Shown: positions 1 through 13,797 of the stretch, one piece after another
Layout: the number at the start of each line of letters is the position of its first letter
How positions within the stretch are numbered: the first letter of the stretch is position 1
NCBI GenBank assembly: GCA_964016885.1
Contig: OZ024741.1
Span: 62,062,001 to 62,126,000 of the forward strand
From: Eledone cirrhosa
Lineage: Eukaryota
Direction: 5' to 3'
DNA: 64,000 nucleotides
Notes under the pieces: model-generated
Told to the model about the DNA's origin: nothing
The model's database searches: none
The model's input: the letters and a program-made list of their open reading frames with translations, nothing else
Made by a program: the position numbers and the translations under genes

Positions 1-1745
1 CATCTTATCAATAAGTAACTGGTCCTTTGTACCACGGGACTTCTTTCGGCATCCTTTCTGTTCGTCCGGTAGCAAGTTGTTTGTGTGGAGGTGATGGTAG
101 ATTTCCTCAGACATAATGCTTGTCAACGGTTTCCACATTACGGACAGACATGTGATAGGTCTATAGTTGGTAACATCATTACCCTTGATTCGGTCTTTCC
201 TTATCAGAACTGTGGTACCTTTTGTCAACCACTCTGGTACCTCACCTGACATCAAGCAGTCATTGAACATGGTTGTCAGTTTCGGGTGGAGGGATGTTAT
301 GTTTTTAATCCAATACCCCTGCACACCATCTGGGCCAGGTGATTTCCAGTTGGTTAGTTTTTTGGCCTGCCCCTTAAGAGTTTCAACTGTGATACTCAAA
401 TCAGTTTGTTGGCGTGCCTGTTCACTGATCTCCTTCTGTACTGTCTCAATCCACACTGCCTGGTCATTATGTTTAACATCCTGCTCCCATATTCCTCTCC
501 AGAATGTTTTAGTTTGTTCCGCCTCAGGGATCAAGTCGTTGCCTCTTTCTTTCCCTTCAAGCTGTCCAAACAGCATCTTCTGGTTGTTGTCGAACATGCG
601 GTTCTGTCTATACTGGCTGACCCTGTTCTCGTTTCGCCTGATTTTTGCACTTTTTGCTACAATGCGTTGCTTCAGTTCCTCTATGATAATATTTAGCTTT
701 TTCCTCCTAGTTTTGTACTTTATTTCCAGTCTATTTTTAGTGTCTATGTTTTTTAGTGTCCCAATCAGTAGGGACTCAAGCTTTCCAATGTCATTTCTCA
801 TTTCCCTGATTTGACCACTCAGTCGTTTCTTCCACCAAGGCTCTGCTCTTTCTTGTCTGTTGTTTCCTCTCGCTTTTATACCAAGTAGTTTCCTCACCGT
901 ATTTGCTGTTGCTTTGAGGATATTGTTGCACTGGTGAAGGCTCCTCGCCTCAAAGTATGGGATGACTTTGTTTACCTTAGCTGTTGTTTCTTTTAACTTT
1001 TCCTGTCTACAAATCTTAGGTTCATAGGTCTCCCACTATCATTGTTCAATTCATCTACCACTAAGTTTAGGGTATCTACCAAATCTTGTCCTAGCCCGTC
1101 AGCACTCATCTCCTCAGTGGCCGTATCTCTGTTCCAGGTATTATTTATCTCAGCATTCAGATCATTGTCTGTTTCGGGTGGTTCCTCCGTTCTCTCGACC
1201 TCTTCAACTTCATTTCCCACTGGCTCGTTTGCCTGGCATACTCCACCCTCCATCTCTCTGCCCAGTTCCTCCAGTTCCAGCTCGCTTATCCACCCATTAG
1301 TTCTTATTACCCGAGCCTGCCCGGCCAGTTTTTGTTCATCTAATTTAAATGGACCAATCTCGTTCCAGATGTTATGCATCCTTTTCCTATAGCCTTTCTC
1401 CTTGGGGTTACTCTTCAGGTAACATTGCATAACAGTTCTATTCAATTCTTTCGTCCAGTTGGTTCTGGTCCCTTTCCTTCTTCTTCTTCCTCCGACACCA
1501 GCAGTATTTGGTTGACAGCCAGGTCCCTGCTGCTGAGCCAGGGAGCACCTGTTGGGTGAGAGTCTGTCACATGACATTCTAGTCTCCATTTCACCGTTAT
1601 TCGAACTGTTTAGGTTCGACATTTAAACACTCTTATCGAGGATTGGCGAATGTATGGTTACATAACCACCGGTGAATTACTTGTCTCCGGTGGTTTCGTC
1701 ACTCCACGTGACTTTTGTGTGGCATTATCACGCTGTAGACGAACC
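1..1745 (-). mobile_element. R4/Dong-like (RLE-clade) non-LTR retrotransposon, 5' part running off the window
   Basis: ORF 993-1622 has an R4/Dong-type N-terminus (WTKELNRTVMQCY..GYRKRMHNIW..EQKLAGQARVIRTNGW). After a frame break near 993 the minus strand reads NWKSPGPDGVQGYWIK, NYRPITCLSVMWK and GTKDQLLIDKM (early RT motifs). Confidence 0.88.
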
Positions 1746-1929
1746 CAAACAAACAAACAAACAAACAAACAGGCAGAAAAAAACCCAAAAATGAATAAGC
1801 ATAAGTTTCATTGTAATGTAGTGTTTGAATGTTTGACTTAGTTTTCCCTTCCCTTCTCTGTCCGTCCGTTTGTTTTTCTCTTCATTTTTATTTCCTTTAC
1901 GTTTTTCGTTGTTGCTGTGCTGCTTTGAG

Positions 1930-3224
1930 TTTGATTTTTGTTGTTTTTTTTTTTTTTATTTTGACCGGGTCATCAATTCAGTATATTTATATATTTTGAT
2001 TTTTCCTCTTTTAGTGGGAATTCTACAATGTAGCAGGGGATAGCGGGAGAGAATAGCGGCGGTAGTGATACTGAGGCAGCGGTGGCGGGGGGGGGGCGGT
2101 GCTATGCTACCAGCAACTAGCAGGAGGTAGTGGGAGGGAATAGCGGCGGTAGCGATAGTGAGGAAGCGGTGGTGGTGATGTGGTCGTATTACTGTAGTGA
2201 TGGTGTTGAAGTTGGAGTAGAAATTTGAGTCGACTTGACCAGTGTTTTCATCGTGGTAGTGGTGGTGGTATTGGTGGTGGAATTATCTTTAGTGAAATTA
2301 TCGTTAGTCGCGTATATGTGTTGACATTTACCCATAATATTGGAATTAAACATTTTGTTAAAACTAAAACTTGATTTTGATTATTGTTGTTTTTTATTTT
2401 TATTTTGATCGGGTCATCAATTCAGTCTATTTATATATTTCGATGTTTTCCTCTTTTAGTGAGAATTCTACAATGTAGCAGGGGGTAGCGGGAGAGAATA
2501 GCGGCGGTAGTGATATTGAGGCAGCGGCGGCGGTGGCGGTGCTATGCTAGCAGCAACCAGCAGGAGGTAGTGGGAGAGAATAGCGGCGGTAGCGATAGTG
2601 AGGCAGCGGTGGTGGTGATGTGGTCGTATTACTGTAGTGTTGGTGTTGAAGTTGGAGTAGAAATTTGAGTCGACTTGACCAGAGTTTTCATCGTGGTATT
2701 GGTGGTGAAATTATCTTTAGTGAAATTATCGTTAGTCGCGTATAAGTATTGACATTTACCCATAATATTGGAATTAAATATTTTGTTAAAACTAAAACTT
2801 GATTTTGATTTTTGTTTTGTTTTTGTTTTGTTTTTTATTTTGACCAGGTCATCAATTCAGTCTATTTATATATTTTGATGTTTTCCTCTTTTAGTGGGAA
2901 TTCTACAATGTAGCAGGGGGCAGCGGGAGAGAATAGCAGCGGTAGTGATATTGAGGCAGTGGGAGAGAATAACAGGAGGTAGTGGGAGAGAATAGCGGCG
3001 GTAGCGATAGTGAGGCAGCGGTGGTGGTGATGTGGTCGTATTACTGTAGTGATGGGGTTGAAGTTGGACTAGAAATTTGAGTCGACTTGACCAGAGTTTT
3101 CATCGTGGTAGTGGTGGTGGTATTGGTGGTGAAATATCTTTAGTGAAATTATCGTTAGTCGCGAATATGTGTTGGTATTTACCCATAATATTGGAATTAA
3201 ACATTTTGTTAAAACTAAAACTTG
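1930..3224. repeat. Tandem repeat, 3 diverged copies of about 435-445 bp
   Basis: TTGAYCRGGTCATCAATTCAG starts at about 1961, 2405 and 2840. Each copy ends GTTAAAACTAAAACTTGA and has internal GGGAGAGAATAGCGGCGGTAG sub-repeats. Confidence 0.9.
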
Positions 3225-3561
3225 AGGCAATAGTAATAGTAATTATTATTATTATGCTGAGATTGGTGGTGGTGGTGGTGAAATTGCCGTTATCGGGCTG
3301 TTGTGTTTAGTGTACACAGAGTGGTTTCCTTCCATTTATAACCATTTTCTTTTTGAATATAAAATGTATAATACAAAATTGAATATTTGAGCGATATAAC
3401 AATATATTGTGGATCCGAATTTTTTGGGACTCAAGCTGGATGTTTTATGCAACATTTGTACTAAGAATTGTTATTTCACAATTGATTTAAATATGTTAAA
3501 AAAATCAAAACTTACGGGAGCGATTTCTCGACCTTCTATCCACCATGTGTGTCTTCTTCCC

Positions 3562-3606
<45 letters not shown>

Positions 3607-3607
<1 letters not shown>

Positions 3608-4265
3608 AGTTGCATTTATCTTGCTTTATGTTCATACCAGTTATCACCAAGTCACAACCAGTGACCTCAAGAGACAACAAGGTCCGCCATGTTCAAGAAA
3701 GAACATACATATTCACACATGCATCTTTAGTGTTTAGACTTGTGATGTACTTATATTGACAGAATCTTCCTTAGTATATGGGCAGTTCCCATTAGTACTA
3801 TCTTTTGTATTTCTCCTATACGCGGGTTTCCTGGGATTTGCGATATCTAATCATTAGACCCCTTAGGTATCATTCCCAGAGTGCCTACAACCACTGGTAT
3901 TGTTTTAGTTCTCAATTTCCACATTTTTCCAATTTCTATCTCCAGGTCCTTATACTTGCTCAATTTTTCAAATGTTTTTATAGATACATTCTTGTCTATT
4001 GGAACAGACATATCAATTAGCAGGCATACCCTCTTTTGAAAGTCTTTCAATATTATATCAGGTCTGTTTGCATCTATTTTTCGGTCTGTTTGGATGCTAA
4101 AGTTCCACAAGATTGAGATGTGATCTTTTTCAAGTATGGGAGGTGGTTGATGCTCCCACCAATTCTTTTGATGGGGCAGGTCAAAATGCTTACACATTAT
4201 CCAATGTATGTATTGTGCAGCTCTGTCATGCCTGTTTAGGTATTCAGTTGGAGCTATAGGACTGT
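3607..4265 (-). mobile_element. 5'-truncated Dong/R4-like LINE 3' end (RLE domain) inserted in (TAA)n
   Basis: ORF 3847-4197 reads ILWNFSIQTDRKIDANRPDII...IDMSVP...EKLSKYKDL...PVVVGTLG, preceded by RHD. (TTA)n flanks both sides (3562-3606, about 4265-4288). Confidence 0.9.
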
Positions 4266-4611
4266 ATTATTATTATTATTATTATTATATCTATGTGTAT
4301 ATATACTTACGGTAAATATTGATGCACTCAATTAAAGCACTCAACGTGTCTTTTCCACATAAGTTATTACGTGCAGTATATTTAGAATAAGAAAATACGA
4401 AGTAGTTTCAGATGTTAAAATCCTTCATTGATAAGGCCGTGATACATATTTCAACAACGACAGTGACCACGTGATTCTGCGTACCCAGTGCCATGATCTC
4501 ATCAGACAGCTTCTTACATAATAAGGTTACGTTCTCGACGCAATCCAAGTTCCCTTGTCCTTTTGACAGGGAACGGACAAAGATTGTGTTCTTGAAGCCT
4601 TCGCCCATTTC

Positions 4612-5169
<558 letters not shown>

Positions 5170-5457
5170 CGGCAGATGGCCAACGAAAGAACTTTGTTAT
5201 ACTATATATATATGTGTTTGTGTCTGTATTGGATCTGTATTTTTGACCGTCGGTCAGTCAATAGTAGCATTGAGGACCGAATAAATTAAATTAACAGATA
5301 TAAAAGACACAGAAGCGAAAACCAACCAAACAGTGAGTGTGCTCTGTTATTAATTCTGGCAATATTATTACACAAATATGACCCTCCCCAAGAATAACAA
5401 TATATATATAGAGAGAGAGATAGATATGTTTATATATAGATGACAGATATATAGTTT

Positions 5458-5501
<44 letters not shown>

Positions 5502-5508
<7 letters not shown>

Positions 5509-5965
5509 AGAAAGAAAAAACATTAGATATAATTAATAAGATATACCATACCTATATTTCTTCACTATCCTCGACTACGTAGTTTCGTAGCTTATTATGC
5601 AAAAACTCTACATCACAGAGATGCAGTATTTTTGTGAGGTCGGCAAGGTCGGCAAACCTCACAAAAATACTGCATCTCTGTGATGTAGTGTTTTTGCATA
5701 ATAAGCCACGAAGCTACGTAGTCGTGGATAATGAAGAAATTTAGGTATGGTATATCTTATTAATTATATCTAATGTTTCTTCTTTCTTTATAATGTATTA
5801 TATAGCTCTGATATTGAATCAATCTAATCCATTCGGATTATTTTGTCCCGATTATTTATAGAGCAACAATGGTTAAGGTTGGCATCACACAAATCCAAGG
5901 ATATATGTGGGTATATTCATGTATATGTATGTATTCGCATGTGTCTGTGTATTTCTTTATATTGT
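5502..5965 (+). mobile_element. Non-coding element with about 139-bp inverted arms (5502-5640 / 5656-5794), Penelope-like foldback between (TA)n tracts
   Basis: Arms are reverse complements with several mismatches. A unique tail follows with a degenerate GCTCTGAT...ATAGAGC motif. Confidence 0.55.
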
Positions 5966-5985
5966 ATATATATATATGCAAACAG

Positions 5986-6051
<66 letters not shown>

Positions 6052-6126
6052 AGACAGCTTCCAAAAATAATGGTCGCATCTAGTAGGGTACGTCAAAATT
6101 ATTTATAAAACTGCTTATATATTGTA

Positions 6127-6187
6127 TTTTGTCTGATGAAGGCATACCATATCTTAATTTGGTATCCTTGAAATATGTATAATGAAA
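6127..6187 (+). ncRNA. Type I hammerhead ribozyme motif (family A)
   Basis: TTTTGT CTGATGA AGGCATACCA..TGGTATCCTT GAAA T ATGT A TA|ATGAAA. Confidence 0.65.
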
Positions 6188-6232
6188 TAAATATGGTTTT
6201 ATAAATATAGTTTCCATTTATTTAATATCGTA

Positions 6233-6342
<110 letters not shown>

Positions 6343-6382
6343 ATTAAATAAATGGAAAACTATATTTATAAAACCATATTTA

Positions 6383-6444
6383 TTTCATTATATATATTTC
6401 GGGGATATCATATTAACAATATGCTATGCCTTCATCAGACAAAA
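6383..6444 (-). ncRNA. Type I hammerhead ribozyme motif (family A, inverted copy)
   Basis: Reverse complement reads TTTTGT CTGATGA AGGCATAGCAT..ATGATATCCCC GAAA TATATA TA|ATGAAA. Confidence 0.6.
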
Positions 6445-6811
6445 TACAATATAAACAGTTTTATAGATAAATATATTCGACATACCGTAATAAACATCAA
6501 CTTCATTTGAAGAGGTTCACTCTAGCAGTGAAAATACAGAGAGAAAGAAAGAGAGAGAGAAAAGAAGGAAATAAGAAAGAAAGAAAGACAAAACGAAGAA
6601 AAGGAAGAAAAAGAAGAAAAAGAAGAAATGCATGGGACAAAATAGAGAGATGGAAAAATAGATAAAGCGAAGAGCTTCATGTAAAGAGACCGAAAGAGAT
6701 ATATATATATATATAGAGAGAGAGGAAATAGAGATAGATACATATATAAATATAGATATAGAAAAATTAGGTAGTGGGAGGTCATTTTGAGTAAGTGTAT
6801 CAATGATGCAT

Positions 6812-6846
<35 letters not shown>

Positions 6847-7241
6847 GCTCAAGTATTAATGTAAGGGAGATATAGAGAGATATAGAGAGATATATAGAGA
6901 GAAAAATTTAAAAATAGCCAGACATATTCGAGGCGTAGAAAACCCTATGTTTTAATGTATTAGTATTTATAAAACTTACACTATATTGTAAATATCAGTA
7001 TTCCTGAATGAAACAAGTATTCACAATGCGATTATATCAGTTATAAATATATATCAGTTATAAATATTTACTAGTTGTAACCCAACAATTTTAAATATAA
7101 CTTTACATATATATATATATATATATATATGCCTCATTTGTGATAATTGTTAGTCGATAAATTGTCAGTATTAATATTATTATTTTCTATTTATTTATTG
7201 CCACAGATATCAAGTTCGTTTCATCATAAAAAGGCATATCA

Positions 7242-7440
7242 ATGGTTTTGTCAAGAAACACTCCAGATACAGGATGGGCATGGATGGTATTAATATCCAG
7301 TTTCTTCACCCAGATGATGTCTGCAATGCTTATCTATGGTACTGGTATAATCAAGATGGCGATTTTGGATGAGTTCAAGGAAGATCTTATCAAAATAGAT
7401 TGGCTTGGATCTCTTCACGTTGCAGCATCTCAAGTAATAG
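7242..7440 (+). CDS. SLC16/MCT-family MFS transporter, coding exon 1
   Basis: MVLSRNTPDTGWAWMVLISSF matches the MCT PDGGWGW signature. Acceptor CCACAG at 7206, in-frame TAA upstream of the ATG, donor G|GTAAAC at 7441, phase 1. Confidence 0.9.
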
Positions 7441-7479
7441 GTAAACATAAACCTTTTTCAGTTTATTTCGGAATGGATA

Positions 7480-8065
7480 AGAAGTTCGTCTCACAATCAC
7501 TAGGTCACTGATTCCATCTCTTTTGGGAAAGTGACATTTACCAAAGCCTCGTGTCGACGCATGCCTTTTGAGGGAAATTTTATAGGCGGGAACCGTTTAG
7601 AAGTCCTTCAAGTGAGCTGTACTTTTAATTCATAGGCGAAGCCTTCTGACACACCGCATCGTGTTAAATCTCTTACATATGTCTGTGGAACGCTCAGCAG
7701 CTTACAGGTTAATTTAATGAGCAGGATGTTCCGTTGATCGAAGAACTGAAACACTCATTCTCAAAATAGTGGGAGGTAAATTGGTCGATTGAAGTCATTG
7801 AAATCATGAAAAGTATGTGGCTTAGTTGTCAGGGTATTCAGCGCACGACCTTAAGATTGCTTGTGGCCCGTAGTGTTATTCATCAAGGCACTTTGTTTCA
7901 TGTTACTTTAGTCCACGCAGCTGGCGAAAATGAGTTGCACTTTTAATTAAAAGGGTCAATTGTTTCGTACACAGTATAATGTTGAATGCCACTGAGAACT
8001 ATGCTAATGCTTACACATTACATGAGCAAACTATTGCCTTGTCCCAAAATTTGAAACACTCGTCG
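7480..8065 (+). mobile_element. Two adjacent decayed tRNA-derived SINE-like repeats
   Basis: Box-A-like GTGGCTTAGTTGTCAGGG at about 7817. The two units have similar 3' parts ending ...AAACACTC, and a similar sequence lies on the minus strand at about 53320-53420. Confidence 0.45.
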
Positions 8066-8973
8066 TAATGCTATGAATTAGATTCTTTGAACAATACGCT
8101 TCAATCCATTCAGCTGCAACAATCAGTTGCAACGTCGCGGACAGAGGAACTTTTCAGGTGAAAACCCGCCATCAGTAATGGCCGAAGGGAACAGTTTATG
8201 CAGAGAGAGTGAGAAACAGATAGATAGTTTTAGAGATAGTTGATTAAATGTATAAAACTATCTATCTGTTTCTGTTGATTAAATGTATAATATATATATA
8301 TATATAAAAAAAATCATAAATCATGTCCTTAGAATTCTTAGATAAAATATATACAATTTCCTCTCCCAATTAGCATAATTAACCATATAAAAAAATCAAT
8401 TAGACCAGGCTATAAGAATAAAGGCTCCTATGAAGAAATATTTTATAAATAGCCGAAAGCAGCATCTTCGCGGTTGACCACAATAGGGTATTCACCCAAC
8501 ATTTCAACAGCATGTAGAAACTGACCAAATATATCGTCAACATTATACAATTAGGTATAAATTTAAAGTTAGAAGAAATGTGTACATACCGTAATTATAT
8601 CTCTACCATGGTTTCGTTCGTATTTTGAGATATCCTATTAAGGATAAATCTCGAGTATCGAACTTATCAGGAGACAAACTCAATAGGACAGTTAATTTTC
8701 CAAAGCAATCCCGCCAGAAATAGATTTTTAAAATGGCTAAGAATCGTGACGTGGCAGTGGTCAAGTTAGAAAGAATGTGATTAGTTGCTTACGGCGAGTA
8801 GGCTGATTGCTAGAAAGCGCAGCCCAATATCGCCCAAATTGCATCTCAACCCAACGGGATATAATTAAATATAACGATTTACGTATACGTAAAGTCACAG
8901 ATATATATGTGGCAACCGTTCACGATATGGCTGAATGAAGAATTAATAAATTAAATAATCAGAGCAATATATC

Positions 8974-9025
<52 letters not shown>

Positions 9026-9119
9026 TATAGTCGGATTTTAGCTAAATATATATGTGTATGTGTATACGTGTATGTGTATATGTATGTATGTATGTGTGGA
9101 TCTGTATGCTTTGAGTCAT

Positions 9120-12030
9120 ATGTGTACATGTGTATATTTTTTATACACATGTTATTACGTTATTACGTGCAGAAAATTTTGAATGTTTTACATATTTTTA
9201 CAGTTTCATTTGCAACTTCTTAACTAACCGTGTTCTATCTGGTCCTGTGAAGCTCAGCTTCTCAAGATTTGTATAGAGGCAGTTAGTAACATATTCCAGA
9301 GCCCCAATGATCAGAGGTATAAATCTGAAGGTATAAATGATCAGAGGTATAAATCTACAGATTCCTCATTAGTTCTGCATAGATGTTTTCCTTTTCGCTA
9401 ATCTTCAATATTATATAGGTATCTGCTGGGCAACTGACTTCCACTACTATGCATGCCCTCTTTTCCCCTATCCCATATCACTATATCCCGTCTGTTCGGG
9501 TTTTATTATCGAGATAACTCGAGTGATGCTGTTAGGACAGGCACAGCAAACACATTGTGAGCCATTGTTTTATTGTGCACAGAGATTTCAGATAACCATA
9601 TTTTTCTTCATCGGATGTAATATTCCCTGCCTACAAATAATATCATTGGATATATTCTCATCTATCCCTAGGTATCTGTAGCAATCCTCGTCAGATATCA
9701 TTGAAACAGTTAGGCCATTGATAACAAATTTTCTAGATTGGCTTGTAGTTTTTCTTCGCTTCACAATCATATATGAACATGTATCTTGTTCAAACTCCAT
9801 TCCTATATCTTTCGAGAACGTCGTAACCAGGTCAAAGTTTTTCTTCGTCTTATTTATTGTTTTGGCATAGATTTTCAGGTCATCCACAGAGAAATCATGT
9901 GTTAAGTTTGTATTCTTGTTTTCCTGTGATCCAAATATGTATCCTTCCCATTTCTTGGGCAGAAAGGCTAAGGGTTTTAAAGACAGCATAAATAGTAAGA
10001 CAGAGAGAAATATGCCCCTGTGGTATTCTATTTCATCAGTCTCCTGTTTTTACCTTCTGTTTTTACCAAGAAGATGGGTTATCCATGGCTCTGATAATAG
10101 TGTGTGGGACTTTAGCAAGTCAGATGATCTCTATCATCCATCAGTGGGGGACAGAATCAAATGCTTTCTTGTAGTCCAGCCAGACTGAAATGATATTCCT
10201 CCTATGTTGCCGCATCCCTGATATTGCGGTTTTGTTAATTAAGAGTTGTTCAGCAAAGCCCCAAATACATTTCTTTCCAGCTGCTTGCTCATCTGTGATG
10301 ATGTTTTTACTGTCGATGTGATCTTGGAGAAATAGATTCAGGTAGGCTGTATACATTTTATACATTAGGTTCTGGCATGAAATGGGTTGGTAGATTTTTG
10401 CCAAGTGGGTGTCTTTGTTCTTGGGGACCAGTAATGTTTGTGCTTATATCAACCACCCCTGTATATGTGCATCTCCCTTGAGAAGTTGCTGGTAAAGGTT
10501 GATAAGATACATCTGATAAAATGTCAGATTTTTGTACCAGTAGCTGACAATCATATGACTTCCTGATGTTTTTTTTTTATCTTATAGTTTTTCTATCACA
10601 GTCTCAAGGGTATCACCATTAATGCTGAATGTTTTTGTTGTCCTTTAGGAACAATAACTATTTTGGATCACTTTCAGCTACACTGCATCTTGGTTGAATG
10701 TCTTCTCTTAACCACTTATTTTTCCCCAGAAGAACTCTGTCTTTCTGGGATGGAGCCTCGGTGACATTTATTATTTTGCCCTTCATATCTCTATAGACTG
10801 GTGTTTGGTTTCAGCTGAATCTTTTATTAACTAGTTTTCTTTCAGCCACCCTCTTCTAGTATCGGAGTTTGTCGCTGACAACTCTCAATGCTTGTTTGGG
10901 GGAGATCAGCTTATATTGAAGACGAGTTCTGATCTTCAAACATCGTCTCTATTTTATTTTTCACTCTTTGTTGGTGGCGAGTGTAGGTTTTGCTTGTTTT
11001 TGTTTGCATATTGAAAGCACATATCCTATAGTTTTCTGGAGGTCGGCAATCGTTTTGTTCTATTGCTGTAATATATGATAGTATTTTGGTGGTGTATTTT
11101 TTTTTTTGTTGGCATTTATCACAAACATAATGTTTCACTGTCGTTGCTAGGGTATATAAAAAGACATTAATTTCCCAAAATGTAGGGGCTTCAATTCAAC
11201 GTAAATATTCACCCTCAAATTCATCAATAGCACTCAAAATGTCATTGTTTGGTTACCCTTTGTTTAATATATCATTCTGCGAGAGAAATGTTTATACATT
11301 AATTTATTTCTCTCTAGAAAGTTTCACTGAGGGTATATTTCAATTGTTTATACTTTTGATTTTCTCAGCTAATGGCAGTCATATTATTATTTACAGTGTT
11401 TTCAATAACAGTTGAGGTACAATCAGTTGATATACGTGGTGTGAAATGTTTTACCGGCGTGGTTCTTTCAAGGTACTGTTTCTGTGTTGTTTTTTTATGG
11501 TTATCCTGGCTGCTAGATAAACAAGCAGTATGAGGGTCTGTAGCACGTGTTGTTGATTGTATGTTCCATCTGGGGGACTCACAGACGTTGCTGGTCTTCA
11601 TAGTTAATTGAATTTGTTATAAAAGCTAATGGCTTGCTAAACTATGTCTATATATAAGTATATAATACATACAGGAATCGCAAATACAAGGTTCTAAAAA
11701 TCTTCGCTAAGTACAAACCACTGCCTCTCTATGGACAACTGACACTGCACACCGGGTCCGAACACGGAAGAGCCGAACTCCCACTGTCATCGCCTCCATC
11801 TCTCTCGCCTTCCCCATCTCTCTGTATTATGAGCAAATGGGGTCCCACGTGCTGGCCCCCCACGGCCCCGGCAGACAGAATTGAGAAGGTATTTCCCCGG
11901 AGGATGGTAAGGGAGATGCGCTGGCGTATTCGTTTGACTGTGAAATGATTTAGTTATGGATGTATTTCTTCCCAGTATAGATTCATTTCGTTCATAAAGC
12001 CAACAGAGGTGTCTTTTGCCATCCCATAAC
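9120..12030 (-). mobile_element. Decayed, internally deleted R4/Dong-like LINE
   Basis: RT fragments YQPISCQNLMYK..EQAAGKK..EQLLINK..WLDYKKAFDSVPH (10141-10404) and SVDDLKIYAK..YRYLGI (9588-9989). The 3' end matches the 12393-13797 element. The 5' boundary is approximate. Confidence 0.85.
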
Positions 12031-12392
12031 AATTAAATAAACTGTTATTAAGTTCATATCTCCAAGATGTATAATTTCGGTTTCTTCTGTAGCTACAACT
12101 AACGTAAATTTATTAACATTTCTCGTTGTTCTTTTTCCTCGGATCTCAACTAATGTCGTTGATGTTGATTTTGTGTTCAGTCTTGTAAAATGAATTTACT
12201 ATTTAGTCGGATAACTCTGTGAATTCGAATGAAAGATGTCTTCGGGGAATATAATTAGAAGAATATCAAGTTATTCAACAAGGCTGGTATTTGTGGTATT
12301 ACTGTCGGGGATAGTATTCATCTAAGATTGAACGAATAGTTAGTCTCCCACGCCAATATGGCTGCGTTGGTGTGTGTATGTATCTATGTATG

Positions 12393-13797
12393 TTCTTCTG
12401 GTTTTATAATTTCACAATTTTTTGCCAATAGAGAGAGAGTCGGTTTCTAACATAGACACAAGACTCTCTCATTGGAATTAAACAACATCAACTAGGTAGA
12501 TATGTATGCATGTCTGTATGCATGCATGTGTAGATATGGATGTTATTGTATGTGTGGATGTGTATGTTTTGAGTTGTATGTTTGTGCATGTGTATATGTT
12601 TAGTATCTGTACATGTGTATATGCACTTATTAGATGCAACATTTTTGGAATGTTTTACATATTTTTTACTGTTCCATTAATGGATTGTACTTGTAATTTC
12701 CTAACTAGTTGTGTTCTTTCTGTTCCTGTGAAGCCCAGCTTCTCAGGATTTGTATTGAGGCAGTTACTAACATATCCCAGTGCCCCAATAATCACAGGCA
12801 TAAATCTGACGGTATAATCAGGATGGAGTATCTGCAGATTTCTCATCAGTTCTGCATAAATATTCTCCTTTTCGCTAATCTTTGATATTATATTGGCATC
12901 TGCTGGGCAGCTAACTTCCACTACTGTGCATGCTTTCTTTTCCCTATCCAATATCATAATATCTGGTCTGTTATGCCTGCATTTTATTGGGTTTTTTACT
13001 GGAAAATTCCACCAGTACTCTTTCATATTATGTATATGTATGTCTTCCACATTGCTGTAGCTTTTAATGTGTTTATTATCGGGGCTATCTTTTCTACGGA
13101 TTGCATCGTACAGTGTTTTGGCCACTAGAGCATGCCTCTTAGGTAGATAGTACCGCGATGACATCTTTGGACAGTTTCTTATGACATGGGTGACATCTTC
13201 GATGTTAATTCTGCAGAGTCTGCACTTGTTATTACATCTAGGTGTTTTAACTGCATCCCTATCTCTTTTGTGAATCAGGTATTTCGTGTTAATTTCCTTT
13301 TCTTGGATTGCAAAAGCGTATCTTTCAAAGTGGGAGCCAATATAGCGGTTGTTGGTCCAAGATAGACTACTTTCTTTATCTATATTACTCTCACTCTGGA
13401 GCTTTCTGGCAACATATCCATGCATGATTTTTTGCTGATAAGCATGCAGCTTTTCGTCCATGGATTTACTGCGATACTGCTGAGCGACTTCCCTGGGTGT
13501 GAATCTTTGATTACCATACAGGGAATACCTCTCGAGGAGTTCCTTCCCAACTCTCATGGTCTTATCTGTTTCATGCAGATAGACTTGCTCGAGAGACAGG
13601 TTCCTACGCTTTGAGGTTCGTAGATTTTGTCGGAGGGATATGATTCGACATTCAAATGCTGTCTGGACTGGTGTTAGGCCTCTGCCTCCCTGCTTACGTT
13701 TCAAGTAAAGGCGGTCTATGTCACTGTTGATGTGGAAGTTTCTGGTGTGGTTTAGTATTTTTCGAGTTCTCACATCAATTGCTCGGATTTCGTCAAT
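12393..13797 (-). mobile_element. 5'-truncated R4/Dong-like LINE in a (CATA)n microsatellite
   Basis: ORF 12655-13773 has RLYLKRKQGGRGL, a CCHC knuckle CRLC..EDVTHVIRNC and RLE NRPDI..VEVSCP..EK..Y. (TATG)n lies at both junctions. Confidence 0.92.

Noticed and set aside
167-1392. Plus-strand ORFs of 215 aa and 116 aa
   Set aside because: Antisense shadows of the minus-strand LINE ORF
1655-1720. Minus-strand GTCAC/GTGAC stem, GAAA and long stem resembling a hammerhead in the LINE 5' UTR
   Set aside because: The CUGANGA position reads CACAAAA; only a structured UTR can be claimed
11690-11930. Possible HDV-like ribozyme in the R4-like 5' region
   Set aside because: Could not assemble P1-P4 pairings by eye
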